A stretch of DNA of 64,000 bases, from assembly GCA_039714975.1 (NCBI GenBank), contig JBDLIH010000006.1, forward strand, positions 9,325 through 73,324, read 5' to 3'. Both the position numbers and the translations under genes were made by a program. Numbering within the stretch: the stretch's first letter is position 1; every line of letters starts with the position of its first letter. The notes below the pieces were generated by a model. The model had not been told where the DNA came from, did not search any database, and worked only from the letters and a program-made list of their open reading frames with translations. Positions 1-11,250 of this stretch are shown piece after piece. Source of the DNA: Pseudomonadota bacterium. Its GTDB lineage: Bacteria; Pseudomonadota; Gammaproteobacteria; UBA9214.

Positions 1-1071
1 CTTGCTCTCGTCACGTCCACAGTCCTTTAGGCGATCCACAATCGCCTTGACATCCTGCGCCTTGTCCTTGCTGGCGACCAGTACGGCATCGGCGGTTTCC
101 ACCACAACCACATTATCCAGTCCCACCGTGGCCAGACAACGGTGCTGTGCGACCAGGAATGCATTACGCGTATCCTCCGCGAGCACGTCACCCTGGATAA
201 CATTGCCATCGGCATCCTGCGGGCAGACATTCCACAGTGCCGACCAGGCACCAATATCGGACCAGCCCGCACTGATTGGAACCACCACGGCACGATCGGT
301 TTTTTCCATCACGGCGTAGTCAATGGAGTCACTCGGACATTCGTGAAACAGCTGTTTGTCAACACGGAAAAAGTCACTGTCCTGAACACCCTTGTTCATT
401 GCCTCGCGACAGCTCTTCAGGATATCCGGACGGTGTTGACTGATTTCATCCAGCCAGCGATCGGCGCGCATCAGGAATATGCCACTGTTCCAGTAATAGT
501 CACCTTCACTGACATACTGTTCTGCAGTTTGCCGGTCAGGCTTCTCAACAAAGCGCGCCACCGTGTACGCAGTACGGCCTTCAATCGGTGCATCCCGCTT
601 GATGTAACCGTAACCCGTCTCCGGCGATTCAGGTATGACGCCAAAGGTGACCAGTGCGCCCTGTTCGGCGTTGTCACTGCCCTGCCCGACTGCGGCTACA
701 AACTGTTGAGGTTCTGTCATGACATGATCGGCCGGCATCACCACCATCATGGCATCGGGGTCCTGCTTCACCAGGTATAAGGCTGCCAGAGTTAAAGCCG
801 GTGCTGTATTTCTGCCTTCGGGTTCGAGAATAATGGTGGCGGGTGTCTTGCCAAGTTGCTCGATCTGCTCGGCCAGCAGGAAACGGTGTGCTTCGTTACA
901 CACATAAACCGCATCCCCCATGTCCGGAATGTCATCCAGGCGACAGGCCGTTTCCTGTAGCAGTGTGTTATCCGAAACAAGTGGCAACAGCGGCTTGGGG
1001 TAATGCTCACGTGACAATGGCCACAGGCGTGAGCCTGAACCACCGGACAAGATTACTGGGTATAGTTTCAT
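1..1071 (-). CDS. manC: Mannose-1-phosphate guanylyltransferase/mannose-6-phosphate isomerase (partial, runs off window start)
   Basis: Reverse-strand translation from ATG 1071: MKLYPVILSGGSGSRLWPLSREHYPKPLLPL, the ManC/AlgA N-terminal motif; missing from ORF track because there is no stop in the window. Confidence 0.92.
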   Translation of the reverse strand, partial: MKLYPVILSGGSGSRLWPLSREHYPKPLLPLVSDNTLLQETACRLDDIPDMGDAVYVCNEAHRFLLAEQIEQLGKTPATIILEPEGRNTAPALTLAALYLVKQDPDAMMVVMPADHVMTEPQQFVAAVGQGSDNAEQGALVTFGVIPESPETGYGYIKRDAPIEGRTAYTVARFVEKPDRQTAEQYVSEGDYYWNSGIFLMRADRWLDEISQHRPDILKSCREAMNKGVQDSDFFRVDKQLFHECPSDSIDYAVMEKTDRAVVVPISAGWSDIGAWSALWNVCPQDADGNVIQGDVLAEDTRNAFLVAQHRCLATVGLDNVVVVETADAVLVASKDKAQDVKAIVDRLKDCGRDESK

Positions 1072-1381
1072 TCAAGCGATCCCGGATCGTAACAGTGAAC
1101 AATTATAAGGTGTTGTTTGAAATACCCCTAGTAATCGACGATTCAGGCTGAACATTGAATCCCGGTGAATCTGGATCGAGCATACAGGATTTTGAAAAGA
1201 GGGACAGTCACGATGAAGCTTAACCTTGCGACCGGCAGAAACACGAAACACACTGAAGAGTAACTTCTATGTATTTGTTATTTATGCAAATAATGCACAC
1301 GCAGCAATACACTGACTGCCGCCCCGAAAAACTGCCACGACCCCGACAGGGTGTCCGGATCATGGCAGCCCCTGTGCATGA

Positions 1382-1666
1382 CTACTCGCCCATTGATCCA
1401 ACCTGAAGATTCTGGCGATTTTTCTCGACTGTGCCCGGACCGATTCCCTTGACGTTGGATAGGTCCTCAACGTGCGTGAAGGGACCATGCATTTCGCGGT
1501 AGGCAACAATCGTTGCCGCCTTTTTCTCGCCCACACCATTAATGGCACTGGCCAGTGTAGCGGCATCGGCCGTGTTGATGTCGACCGGCCCGGCATTGAC
1601 TTGCAATGGCACCAACAGCGCCATTGAAACCAACACTGATACAAACAATCTTTTTACCTTGTGCAT
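1382..1666 (-). CDS. comEA: ComEA-family helix-hairpin-helix DNA-binding protein
   Basis: Signal peptide then VDINTADAATL...GVGEKKAATIVAYRE..GPF..VEDL.NVKGIG; GGAGG RBS before ATG 1666. Confidence 0.88.
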   Translation of the reverse strand: MHKVKRLFVSVLVSMALLVPLQVNAGPVDINTADAATLASAINGVGEKKAATIVAYREMHGPFTHVEDLSNVKGIGPGTVEKNRQNLQVGSMGE

Positions 1667-1764
1667 TCCTGCCTCCTGTGTAATGACTTCCCTGAAATAA
1701 TGAATCGTCATGGCGATTAACACCCTGCTGACAGGCTGTTGCGCCACCACAGCTACGGTGCCAG

Positions 1765-2484
1765 TCAGGACGACAGGGTTAAAGCAGACAGATCTGAATT
1801 TATTGTCCGTAAAACTCCCACAGGATCGTCAGCCCGGGTCACCGGGCGCCCAATAACAAGATAATCTGAACCATTTTCTATCGCATCAACCGGCGTCATC
1901 ACCCGGCGCTGGTCATCGGCCTGACTGCCGGCCGGGCGGATGCCCGGCGTAATCAGCCTGAAACCGGCACCGAGTTGCTCCCTGAGTACCGGCGTTTCAC
2001 GTGAGGAACACACCACGCCATCCAGACCGGATTGCTGCGCAAGCTGCGCAAGGCGCAGCACATTGTCCTGTGGTGACCCGGACAGGCCCACATCTGCGAG
2101 ATCTGTTTCATCCATACTGGTCAGTATGGTGACCGCGATCAGCAAGGGTGAAGTTCCCGTTCGTGACACACCCTCTTTCGCCGCTGCCAGCATCCGTTGC
2201 CCCCCCAGCGCATGCACGTTCAACATCCATATACCCAGCTCGGCGGCGGCCTGGCAGGCACGGGCTACCGTGTTGGGGATATCGTGAAATTTCAAATCGA
2301 GAAAGACATCAAAACCACGCGCGGCAAGCGCTTCTACCAGCTGTGGCCCGGCACGGGTGAACAACTCTTTGCCGACTTTCAAACGGCATAGATCAGGCAC
2401 CAGTCGTTCTACCAACTGCATGGCAGATTCTGCATTCGGGTAATCAAGCGCGACAATAATTTTTGATTTCTGCGTATCAACCAT
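1765..2484 (-). CDS. pyrF: Orotidine-5'-phosphate decarboxylase
   Basis: [37 protein letters not shown] motifs. Confidence 0.97.
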   Translation of the reverse strand: MVDTQKSKIIVALDYPNAESAMQLVERLVPDLCRLKVGKELFTRAGPQLVEALAARGFDVFLDLKFHDIPNTVARACQAAAELGIWMLNVHALGGQRMLAAAKEGVSRTGTSPLLIAVTILTSMDETDLADVGLSGSPQDNVLRLAQLAQQSGLDGVVCSSRETPVLREQLGAGFRLITPGIRPAGSQADDQRRVMTPVDAIENGSDYLVIGRPVTRADDPVGVLRTINSDLSALTLSS

Positions 2485-2485
2485 T

Positions 2486-3652
2486 TTATTCGCCTTCCAC
2501 ACCGTGAATCGGTTTGATGGTATTCCAGTGCTTGCAGCCCGGACATTGCCAATGCAGGGCCTTCCCGCAGAAGCCACACTCACGGCACTTGTAAACCGGT
2601 TTGTTTTCCAGCAACTGGTCGCTCATGTTTTTCAGTATCAACAGGGTCTCATGAGCCGCACCTTCGCTTCTCGACAGGCTCAGATCAATAAAGCGTGACA
2701 GACCGCGTACCGAAGGCCGCTTACCCAGCTCACCGGCGATAAACATGGCTGCCGATTCACTCCCCTCATCACTGCGCATAATATCTGTCAGAGTAAGAAC
2801 CGGGGAAATACCGGCATAACGGATGATCGCCTCATGCAAATAGTCAATGAAGGTATCTACGCTATCCAGTTGTTCGTGACAATCCTGCATGTCATCAAGA
2901 ATTTCCGGTAACAACTCGATATCACGTTCTGCAACCTGTTCATAGGCGTCCAGCGCAAGCTGATAGTCACCTCGTTGTCGGGCAATATTTCCCATGATCA
3001 GCCGTGCACGTGCACAGTGGGGATTGTATTCGCTGGCTTTCTTCAGCAAGCTGCTGGCGCCCTCTACATTCTCCCCGGCGCAGGCGTTCTCGGCCAGCTC
3101 ACAATAAAACTGGGCAATCACTGCCTTTGCCGGCTGCTCACCCACAAACCCCATCTGGCCGGCAATGCCAATGGCATTTTCCCAGTCTTTTTCCTGCTGA
3201 TAGATATCAAGCAACAGGGGCAACACAGTGGAGAGGTGGACATTGCTGTCAATCAGTTCCCTGAACAGGCCCTCGGCACGATCAAATAATCCGGCCTTCA
3301 TGTAGTCATGTCCCAGTTCAAGCACGGCATCGCTGCGCTGCTCGGAATTCAATGAGGAACGTGCTATCAGGTTCTGATGGATACGGATGGCCCGATCCAC
3401 TTCTCCGCGTTTTCTGAACAGGTTGCCCAGTGCGAGATGTGTTTCAACGGTGTCACTGTTTACTTCCAGCATGCGGATAAAGACATCAATGGCCTTGTCC
3501 TGTTGCTCATTGAGGAGATAGTTCAGACCCTTGATGTAATCGGCACCAAGAATGGAATCGGAACAACTACCGGCCCTGCCTTTACTGCGCTTTGCCGCAA
3601 ACCAGCCAAACGCGGCTGCAACTGGTAACAAAAACCAGATCAGGTCCTGCAT
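2486..3652 (-). CDS. lapB: Lipopolysaccharide assembly protein B (TPR + rubredoxin-like)
   Basis: N-terminal [31 protein letters not shown]-terminal CRECGF...WQCPGCKHW; upstream of pyrF. Confidence 0.95.
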   Translation of the reverse strand: MQDLIWFLLPVAAAFGWFAAKRSKGRAGSCSDSILGADYIKGLNYLLNEQQDKAIDVFIRMLEVNSDTVETHLALGNLFRKRGEVDRAIRIHQNLIARSSLNSEQRSDAVLELGHDYMKAGLFDRAEGLFRELIDSNVHLSTVLPLLLDIYQQEKDWENAIGIAGQMGFVGEQPAKAVIAQFYCELAENACAGENVEGASSLLKKASEYNPHCARARLIMGNIARQRGDYQLALDAYEQVAERDIELLPEILDDMQDCHEQLDSVDTFIDYLHEAIIRYAGISPVLTLTDIMRSDEGSESAAMFIAGELGKRPSVRGLSRFIDLSLSRSEGAAHETLLILKNMSDQLLENKPVYKCRECGFCGKALHWQCPGCKHWNTIKPIHGVEGE

Positions 3653-3721
3653 TACGGCTTCGGGATACGTTGGAAAATATTGGCTGGAGACACGGGTATT
3701 CCCTCTCCATCAGGAGGGTGT

Positions 3722-3785
3722 CGCAAAAACCAGTATGCAGGCCGGGTTAGCGATAGCGTTACCCGACCTGCAAAGGATTTTTGCG
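3722..3785. repeat. REP-like palindromic hairpin between ihfB and lapB
   Basis: CGCAAAAACC..TGCAGGCCGGGTTAGCGATAGCGTTACCCGACCTGCA..GGATTTTTGCG; core matches the copy at 43307. Confidence 0.65.
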
Positions 3786-3786
3786 T

Positions 3787-4092
3787 CTAGAGCAGTTCCT
3801 TCTCGCGCGCCAGACCGGCATTGACGCGTTCTCTGAGTTCCTTGCCTGGCTTGAAATGCGGTACATGCTTCGCCGCCAGCGCAACAGATTCGCCGGTCTT
3901 CGGGTTTCTGCCGATGCGCGGCGGACGATAATGCAGGGAGAAACTGCCAAACCCCCTGATCTCAATCCGCTGCCCTGTTGCGAGTGCCCAGCTCATTTGC
4001 TCAAGCAGACTTTTGACTGCCAACTCAACATCCTTTTGATTCAGATGTCCGTTTTTAGCCGCAAGTATCTCGATCAATTCAGACTTTGTCAT
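3787..4092 (-). CDS. ihfB: Integration host factor subunit beta
   Basis: MTKSELIE...[46 protein letters not shown]; follows rpsA. Confidence 0.97.
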   Translation of the reverse strand: MTKSELIEILAAKNGHLNQKDVELAVKSLLEQMSWALATGQRIEIRGFGSFSLHYRPPRIGRNPKTGESVALAAKHVPHFKPGKELRERVNAGLAREKELL

Positions 4093-4172
4093 TTTATCCA
4101 CCAACCCGGATGAAAGTTTCCGTTCCAGTCAAAATCCGACGAATAAGCCATTATCCCTGATACGTCGAATGA

Positions 4173-5849
4173 CTAACCCTCGTCCCCGTTCATGTGCTGC
4201 TTGAGCACATCCCCAAGATTTGTTGTTGCTTCTGCAGAAGTTGAACCATAGTCCTGCACCATGGCCGCTTCATCCGCACTGTCCTTTGCCTTGACGGACA
4301 ACATGATGGCGCGGCTCTTTCGGTCGACTCCCATGAATTTGGCCTCGACTTCATCGCCGACATTCAGGATTGTGCGTGCATCTTCAATCCGGTCACGGGA
4401 CAGCTCTGACGCACGCAAGGTGCCATCAATACCATCGCCCAGATCAATGATCGCCGCTTTCGCGTCCACTTCCTTGACAGTACCCTTAACGATGCTGCCC
4501 TTGCCGTGTTCAGCCACAAAATTCGAGAATGGATCCTTCTCCAGCTGCTTGATACCCAGTGAGATGCGTTCACGCTCCGGATCAACAGACAACACCACGG
4601 CTTCAATCTCGTCACCCTTGGAGAAACCCCGCACGGCCTCTTCCCCCGGTTCATGCCAGGAAATATCCGACAGGTGGATCAGGCCATCGATATCACCTTC
4701 CAAACCGATAAAAATACCGAAGTCGGTAATCGACTTGATGGTGCCCTTGACGACATCACCCTTGTTGCGGGTAGCACCGAACTCGTCCCATGGATTCGGG
4801 AAACACTGTTTGACACCCAGCGAGATGCGACGGCGTTCCTCGTCGATATCCAGTACCATCACCTCGACTTCCTGACCGATATGGACCACCTTGGAAGGAT
4901 TGACGTTCTTGTTGGTCCAGTCCATTTCCGAGACATGCACCAGGCCTTCAACACCCTCTTCAATCTCAACAAAGCAACCATAGTCGGCAATGTTTGTAAC
5001 CTTGCCGAACAGACGTGAGTTAGCCGGGTAACGGCGTGCCAGGTCTGCCCATGGATCCGTACCCAACTGCTTCATACCGAGGGATACACGGTTGCGCTCA
5101 CGATCAAACTTGAGCACCTTGACATCAATTTCTTCACCGACATTGACTATTTCAGACGGGTGCTTGACACGCTTCCACGCCATGTCGGTGATGTGCAGCA
5201 GACCATCGATGCCACCGAGGTCAACGAACACACCATAATCGGTCAGATTCTTGACAACACCCTTGACGGTGATGCCTTCCTGCAGACTTTCAAGCAGCGC
5301 CTCGCGCTCTGCACTGAATTCAGTTTCCACCACGGCTCGGCGTGAAACCACCACGTTATTGCGGCGCTGATCGAGCTTGATAACCTTGAATTCAAGTTCC
5401 TTGCCTTCCAGGAAGACCGGGTCACGAACCGGCCGTACATCGACCAGTGAACCTGGCAGAAAGGCACGAATCTCTTCAATATCAACAGTGAAACCACCCT
5501 TGACCTTGCCACTGATGAGTCCCTTGACAATATCTTCATTTTCAAACGCCTTCTCAAGGCGGCGCCAGACTTCGTCACGTTTTGCCTTTTCACGGGATAA
5601 CTTTGTTTCTCCAAAACCATCTTCAACGGCTTCCAGTGAAACTTCGACTTCATCGCCAACTTCTACTTCTACTTCACCGGAAGCATTCTTGAATTCATGT
5701 AAGGGAATAACACCTTCGGACTTCAATCCGGCGTTAACGATGACACTATCTGATTGAATATCAACAACTGTCCCGGTTACTACAGCACCCCGCGTTAAGG
5801 TCTGGTTAGCGAGGCTCTCTTCGAACATTTCAGCAAAACTTTCAGTCAT
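4173..5849 (-). CDS. rpsA: 30S ribosomal protein S1
   Basis: [12 protein letters not shown], repeated S1 domains ([30 protein letters not shown]), 558 aa. Confidence 0.99.
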   Translation of the reverse strand: MTESFAEMFEESLANQTLTRGAVVTGTVVDIQSDSVIVNAGLKSEGVIPLHEFKNASGEVEVEVGDEVEVSLEAVEDGFGETKLSREKAKRDEVWRRLEKAFENEDIVKGLISGKVKGGFTVDIEEIRAFLPGSLVDVRPVRDPVFLEGKELEFKVIKLDQRRNNVVVSRRAVVETEFSAEREALLESLQEGITVKGVVKNLTDYGVFVDLGGIDGLLHITDMAWKRVKHPSEIVNVGEEIDVKVLKFDRERNRVSLGMKQLGTDPWADLARRYPANSRLFGKVTNIADYGCFVEIEEGVEGLVHVSEMDWTNKNVNPSKVVHIGQEVEVMVLDIDEERRRISLGVKQCFPNPWDEFGATRNKGDVVKGTIKSITDFGIFIGLEGDIDGLIHLSDISWHEPGEEAVRGFSKGDEIEAVVLSVDPERERISLGIKQLEKDPFSNFVAEHGKGSIVKGTVKEVDAKAAIIDLGDGIDGTLRASELSRDRIEDARTILNVGDEVEAKFMGVDRKSRAIMLSVKAKDSADEAAMVQDYGSTSAEATTNLGDVLKQHMNGDEG

Positions 5850-6007
5850 GGGAAACTCTATCCTAGAACCGCAAAAGTACGGTCCATTGTCATTAGCTAC
5901 TGTATCTGGCGATACCGCAGGTCAGGTTAAAAGATTTGCCCGGGTAGTGACCCGGTCAAAGCGAAAACAGGGATTATACGTGTATCTGCTTAATTGTACA
6001 GGGATTT

Positions 6008-6694
6008 TCATATAGCCGCATGGACTGCTCCCAGCGCCTGCTGCAAGGTGGCTGCCTCATCCAAATCACTGTTGTCGATGATCAGCGCATCCGGTGCCGG
6101 CTTCAGGGGTGAGGCCTTGCGGGACATATCGCGCCGGTCCCGGGCCTCGACCTCCTCCACCAGCACCACAAGATCGACAGTTATTCCTTTATTTTTCAAC
6201 TGGTTATAACGCCTCACGGCGCGCACCTCGGGACGTGCCGTGAGGAATAATTTGAGCGTGGCATCGGGGAAGACCGCGGTACCCATGTCACGGCCATCCG
6301 CAATCAGGCCGGGGGGCTGGCGATAATGCCGCTGCCATGCCAACAGCGCCTCGCGTACGGCCGGCAGGACCGCTGCCTTCGAAGCCGCCTCGGCACACCC
6401 TTCCGTGCGCAGGGCATCGCCGACATCGACCCCGTCCAGCAGGATGGCCGGCTTGTCCGCTGTCGGCAGGTGATAGGTTTCGCTTAGCCGGCCAGCCAGT
6501 GTGATCAATGCCATTTCATCAGCAAGGTCAAGCGACGCCTGTAATGCCGCGTAGGCCAACAGGCGGTACAGGGCGCCACTGTCCAGATGGTGCCAGCCAA
6601 GCTCTGCTGCCAGCGCCTGGCTGATGGTGCCCTTGCCCGAACCACTGGGGCCGTCAACAGTGATCACCGGCACTTTTTTTATGGGGTCACCCAT
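6008..6694 (-). CDS. cmk: Cytidylate kinase
   Basis: ITVDGPSGSGKGT, LDSGALYR, ADGRDMGT motifs; aroA-cmk-rpsA order. Confidence 0.97.
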   Translation of the reverse strand: MGDPIKKVPVITVDGPSGSGKGTISQALAAELGWHHLDSGALYRLLAYAALQASLDLADEMALITLAGRLSETYHLPTADKPAILLDGVDVGDALRTEGCAEAASKAAVLPAVREALLAWQRHYRQPPGLIADGRDMGTAVFPDATLKLFLTARPEVRAVRRYNQLKNKGITVDLVVLVEEVEARDRRDMSRKASPLKPAPDALIIDNSDLDEAATLQQALGAVHAAI

Positions 6695-8010
6695 TAGGAG
6701 GCTTTGATCTTCAGGCCAACCCGGCTTGCCTGTTCGACAAAGCCGGGGAACGAGGTATTCACATTGGCGCAGTTGGTAATCTCTATGTCACCCTGTGCAC
6801 CTAGCGCGGCCATGGAAAACGCCATGGCAATGCGGTGGTCACCGTGGCTGTCCACGCAACCGCTACCGATCGTTCCTGCCTCTATAACCATACCGTCGGG
6901 TGTTGCTTGTGCATCGATGCCAAGTGTCTGCAGGCCGTCTGCCATCACCTGGATGCGATCGCTTTCCTTGACACGCAATTCTTCTGCCCCGGTTAATACA
7001 GTCCGGCCCTGTGCACAGGCCGCGGCGACAAAGATCACGGGAAACTCGTCGATTGCCAGTGGCACCAGTTCCGGCGGGATATCGATACCGTGCAATTGCG
7101 CAGACTTCACCTGCAGGTCGGCAACGGGTTCACCGCCAACGTCATGCATATTCGCCACCGTGATGTCGGCACCCATGCGCTGCAGGATATCGATGACGCC
7201 GGTGCGCGTCGGGTTCATGCCGACATGCTGCAACAGCAGGCTGGAGTCCGGTGCAATGCTGGCACCGACCAGGAAAAATGCAGCGGAGGAGATATCGGCC
7301 GGTACATCGATTGTTATTCCACGCAGGCGGTGTCCACCCTCGATACACACCCGGCCACCCTCACGCTGCACGGGGTAACCCATGCCGGTCAACATGCGTT
7401 CGGTATGATCGCGGGTGGGCGCCGGTTCCGAGACGCAGGTCGTGCCGTCAGCATACAGGCCCGCCAGCAGCAGGCTGGATTTTACCTGCGCACTGGCAAC
7501 CGGCATGTTGTAACTGATTCCTGTGAGTGTCGCGCCACCGTGTATCTGCAGCGGTGCTGTCCACATTGTCGTGGTATCAATATGTGCGCCCATGGAGACC
7601 AGCGGCCCGACTACCCGCTTCATTGGACGGCCGGACAAGGATGTATCACCCGTCAGCGTGGAGGAGAATGCCTGACCCGCCAGCAGACCGGACATCAGTC
7701 GCATGGACGTACCGGAATTACCGAGATACAACTCACCGGCTGGTGCTTGCAGCCCCCGCAGACCCACACCCTCGATCTCGACCTTGCCGTCATCCGGCCC
7801 GCTGATCCTGACGCCCATGGCACGAAACGCTGATAGCGTTGCAAGGCTGTCCTCACCTTCCAGAAAGCCACTGACCCTGGTTTTACCTTCGGCCAGGGAA
7901 CCCAGCATGATGGAGCGATGCGAAATGGATTTATCGCCGGGTACACGCACCTGGCCCGCGAGTTTTCCACCCGGCGTTACCTTGAACCGGATATCAGGGG
8001 CTTCAGACAT
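6694..8010 (-). CDS. aroA: 3-phosphoshikimate 1-carboxyvinyltransferase (class II EPSPS)
   Basis: PGDKSISHRS, GNSGTSMRL, SAQVKS, RDHTERML, LRVKESDRI, DHRIAM. Confidence 0.98.
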   Translation of the reverse strand: MSEAPDIRFKVTPGGKLAGQVRVPGDKSISHRSIMLGSLAEGKTRVSGFLEGEDSLATLSAFRAMGVRISGPDDGKVEIEGVGLRGLQAPAGELYLGNSGTSMRLMSGLLAGQAFSSTLTGDTSLSGRPMKRVVGPLVSMGAHIDTTTMWTAPLQIHGGATLTGISYNMPVASAQVKSSLLLAGLYADGTTCVSEPAPTRDHTERMLTGMGYPVQREGGRVCIEGGHRLRGITIDVPADISSAAFFLVGASIAPDSSLLLQHVGMNPTRTGVIDILQRMGADITVANMHDVGGEPVADLQVKSAQLHGIDIPPELVPLAIDEFPVIFVAAACAQGRTVLTGAEELRVKESDRIQVMADGLQTLGIDAQATPDGMVIEAGTIGSGCVDSHGDHRIAMAFSMAALGAQGDIEITNCANVNTSFPGFVEQASRVGLKIKAS

Positions 8011-8012
8011 GG

Positions 8013-8873
8013 TTATTTTTCAACATAGCGGTCACGTGCGGCCTTGGCGGAAGAAAAGATGTCCAGCAGTTGCTGCCCGTCATGGTTTCGCACTGCCTGG
8101 TTCAATGCCTGCAGGTCAACGATAAAATGTTCAATCATAAGCTGGATGGCATCGCCGTTGGCCAGACAAATATCACGCCACATGACCGGATCACTGGAGG
8201 CGATGCGGGTGAAGTCGCGGAAGCCGCCCGCGGCGTATTCAAACACTTCACTGGTATCATCCAGTTTCGCCAGGGTATCCACCAGCGAGTAAGCCAGCAC
8301 ATGCGGCAAATGGCTGGTTGCAGCCAGCACGGCGTCATGATGTACCGGGTCCATGGTCACGACCTGTGCACCGGTGGCTTTCCACATATCATGCACCCGA
8401 TCAGTTGCATTAGCAGACGTTTCCGGTAACGGCGTCAGAATGACGCGACGATCCCTGTAGAGGCCGGGGAAAGAAGCTTCGACCCCGCTTTGCTCGGTAC
8501 CGGCAATCGGGTGTCCCGGCACGAAGAAATCCGGCACGCTGCCAAATACCAGCTGCGCGGCCTCAATGACACTGCCCTTGGCACTGCCGGCATCGGTCAG
8601 CACGGCATGCTCGGCCAGCTGTCCCTTGATGGCACGGAATACACTCTCCATAGCACCCAGCGGCACGCACACTACCACCATGTCGGCACCGCTGACGGCC
8701 TGCGCCAGGTCGGTGTCGTAACGATCGATGATACCCAGATCAACCGCGGTTTGCAGGTTCCCGGTATTGCGACCGGCACCCACCACTTCCTGGCAGGCAC
8801 CCGCCTCCCGCAGCGCACGCGCCAGTGAGCCACCGATCAGGCCTACCCCGATAATACACAGTCGTTCAATCAC
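8013..8873 (-). CDS. tyrA: Prephenate/arogenate dehydrogenase
   Basis: Likely GTG start at 8873 (VIERLCIIGVGLIGGS), GHPIAGTE, HDAVLAATSHLPH, GFRDFTRIASS. Confidence 0.92.
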   Translation of the reverse strand: MIERLCIIGVGLIGGSLARALREAGACQEVVGAGRNTGNLQTAVDLGIIDRYDTDLAQAVSGADMVVVCVPLGAMESVFRAIKGQLAEHAVLTDAGSAKGSVIEAAQLVFGSVPDFFVPGHPIAGTEQSGVEASFPGLYRDRRVILTPLPETSANATDRVHDMWKATGAQVVTMDPVHHDAVLAATSHLPHVLAYSLVDTLAKLDDTSEVFEYAAGGFRDFTRIASSDPVMWRDICLANGDAIQLMIEHFIVDLQALNQAVRNHDGQQLLDIFSSAKAARDRYVEK

Positions 8874-10005
8874 GCAGCACTTGCTCCAGTGCACCCAGGA
8901 AGCGGGCGTTTTCTTCGCTATGCCCCACGGTGACGCGCAAATGACCGGGCATGCCATAGTTCGCTACCGGACGCACGATCACGCCCTTCTGCAACAGGGC
9001 CTCGAAGACATCAGCCCCGGACCGGCCGGTATCGACGGCCACAAAGTTGCCCACGGATTTTATATAAGAAAGACCCAGCGTCTCAAACCCCGTGGCCAGC
9101 TGTGCCATACCTTCCCGATTGGCCATGATACATCGCTGCAGGTAATCGACATCGTCCAGCGCGGCCAGTGCGGCGGCCTGTGCAACACTGTTGACATTGA
9201 AGGGTTGCCGTACCCGGTTCAAAAGGCCTGCCACATCGGGGTGTGAAAGAGCATAACCAACCCGCAGGCCGGCCAGTCCATAGGCCTTGGAGAATGTGCG
9301 GGTCACGATCAGGTTCGGGAAACGTGCCAGCCAGGTCGAGGCGTCCGGGTAATCCGGGTAGTCCGCCTGTTCGACATACTCGAAATAGGCCTCGTCGACG
9401 ACCACCATGACATGTGCCGGCAACGCCGCGATGAACTGCTCCAGCTCATCACTGCCCAGCCAGGCCCCGGTCGGGTTATTGGGGTTGGCGATAAACACCA
9501 GTCGTGTATCCGGTCCAACATGTTCAAGCATGGCCACCAGGTCATGGCCATAGGCCACTCCGCGACTGCCATCATGTGCCGGGGCAATACGTGCCGTTGC
9601 ACCCACCGCCTGCACGGTAATCGGATAGACCGCAAAGGCATGTTGTGAAAACACAGCCTCGTGATCCGGCGTCAGGAATACCCGCGCGATGAGATCGAGC
9701 ACATCATTGGAGCCATTTCCCAGCGTAATGCATGACGGATCGAGCCCGTGTTTCACGGCAAGCCGTTCGACCAGCAGATGGCCACTGCCTTCCGGATAGC
9801 GGGACAGATCCTGCAACGCCTCTGTAGCCGCTGCGATGGCTAACGGACTCGGACCAAACGGGTTTTCATTGGAGGCCAGTTTCACGGCATTGCTGATACC
9901 GTATTCACGTTCCAGTTCCGCTACCGGTTTGCCTGGCAGGTACGGTTGCAGTGCCTGCACTCCGGGAGCGGCGAGGTTGAGGAAATTATCGATGGATGCT
10001 GACAT
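8866..10005 (-). CDS. hisC: Histidinol-phosphate aminotransferase (HisC/HisHb)
   Basis: YLPGKP, KLASNENP, IANPNNPTG, VDEAYFEY, RTFSKAYGLAGLRVGY. Confidence 0.95.
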   Translation of the reverse strand: MSASIDNFLNLAAPGVQALQPYLPGKPVAELEREYGISNAVKLASNENPFGPSPLAIAAATEALQDLSRYPEGSGHLLVERLAVKHGLDPSCITLGNGSNDVLDLIARVFLTPDHEAVFSQHAFAVYPITVQAVGATARIAPAHDGSRGVAYGHDLVAMLEHVGPDTRLVFIANPNNPTGAWLGSDELEQFIAALPAHVMVVVDEAYFEYVEQADYPDYPDASTWLARFPNLIVTRTFSKAYGLAGLRVGYALSHPDVAGLLNRVRQPFNVNSVAQAAALAALDDVDYLQRCIMANREGMAQLATGFETLGLSYIKSVGNFVAVDTGRSGADVFEALLQKGVIVRPVANYGMPGHLRVTVGHSEENARFLGALEQVLRD

Positions 10006-10019
10006 AAACGCTGTAATTT

Positions 10020-10102
10020 CTCTCGCCAAGACGCAAAGTTACAAGCTACTGTAAAAACCATATCAATATTTCTATCTTGGCGTCTTTGCGCCTTGGCGAG
10101 AG
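10020..10102. repeat. Palindromic intergenic repeat (CTCTCGCCAAGACGCAAAG...CTTTGCGCCTTGGCGAGAG family)
   Basis: Long inverted arms around an AT-rich spacer; second family member at 57458-57534. Confidence 0.75.
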
Positions 10103-10123
10103 TTATCCTTTATTGAATGGAAA

Positions 10124-11206
10124 CTAGATAACCGCCTTTGGATAGGAACCCAGCACCTTCACTGCAAAGGCTTCCTGCTCAAGGGCCGCCAGCACAGCGG
10201 CAACATCGGCATCATCGCGATGACCGTCCACATCGATATAAAACACGTATTCCCACATCGCCTGTCGTGACGGACGGGACTCGATACGTGTCATGCTGAT
10301 TCCATGTTCAGCAATCGGTTTCAGCATGGCGTACAGGGAGCCGGGCTTGTTGTTCACCGACACCAGTAACGATGTCTTGTCATCACCACTGGAACGAGCG
10401 ACCTGCTGGCCAATCACCAGAAAACGGGTGGTATTATCCGGATGATCCTCGATATTACGTTCCTTAATGGTCAGTTTGTAGAACTCGGCCGCCATGTCAC
10501 TGGCGATGGCTGCTGCACTGCCATCATCACTGACGAGACGCGCAGCCTCCGCATTACTGCCAACAGCCACATGTACGGCCTGCGGAAGATTGGCTTCAAG
10601 CCAGCCACGGCATTGTGCCAGTGCCTGCTGGTGTGCCAGCACCCGGGTCACCTTTACGTCTGCGTTCTTTACCAGCAGGTGATGGTGGATCCGTAACTCA
10701 ACTTCTCCACAGATATTCAAGCGGGACTGCTGAAACAGATCCAGCGTGTGACTGATTACACCTTCAGTCGAATTTTCTACCGGCACGACGCCGTAATCGG
10801 CCGCACCGGCAGCCACTTCGCGGAACACAGCATCAAGACTGTCGAGTGCCAGCGTCTGCACCGAGTGACCGAATTGCTTCAGTACAGCCGCCTGCGTGAA
10901 AGTCCCCTCCGGACCCAGGTAGGCAATTGTGAGGGGTTTTTCCAGTGCCAGGCAGGCCGACATGATCTCGCGAAACAGGCGCACCATCTCTTCATTCGGG
11001 AGCGGCCCCTTGTTACGTTCACCAACACCACGCAGAATCGCGGCTTCCCGCTCCGGTCGGTAAAAATGAGTATCCTCACCCTGACCGATCTTGACCCTGG
11101 CAACTTCTGCGGCACACTCTGCACGTGCACTGATCAACGCCTGGAGCTGTTCATCCAGTGCATCAATCCTGTCACGCAGTTCAAGCAGTTTTTTCCCGGA
11201 ATCCAT
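10124..11206 (-). CDS. pheA: Chorismate mutase/prephenate dehydratase (P-protein)
   Basis: LRDRIDALD, YRPERE, AYLGPEGTF, VPVENSTEG, NTTRFLVIG, MTRIESRPS. Confidence 0.97.
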   Translation of the reverse strand: MDSGKKLLELRDRIDALDEQLQALISARAECAAEVARVKIGQGEDTHFYRPEREAAILRGVGERNKGPLPNEEMVRLFREIMSACLALEKPLTIAYLGPEGTFTQAAVLKQFGHSVQTLALDSLDAVFREVAAGAADYGVVPVENSTEGVISHTLDLFQQSRLNICGEVELRIHHHLLVKNADVKVTRVLAHQQALAQCRGWLEANLPQAVHVAVGSNAEAARLVSDDGSAAAIASDMAAEFYKLTIKERNIEDHPDNTTRFLVIGQQVARSSGDDKTSLLVSVNNKPGSLYAMLKPIAEHGISMTRIESRPSRQAMWEYVFYIDVDGHRDDADVAAVLAALEQEAFAVKVLGSYPKAVI

Positions 11207-11250
11207 TTTTTTCAGCTTGCCAGGCGGGTCCCTTGCGCAACCCGCAGTGA

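Noticed and set aside
9346-9366. DYPDYPD micro-duplication in hisC
   Set aside because: In-frame 9-bp duplication in a variable loop; no functional inference possible
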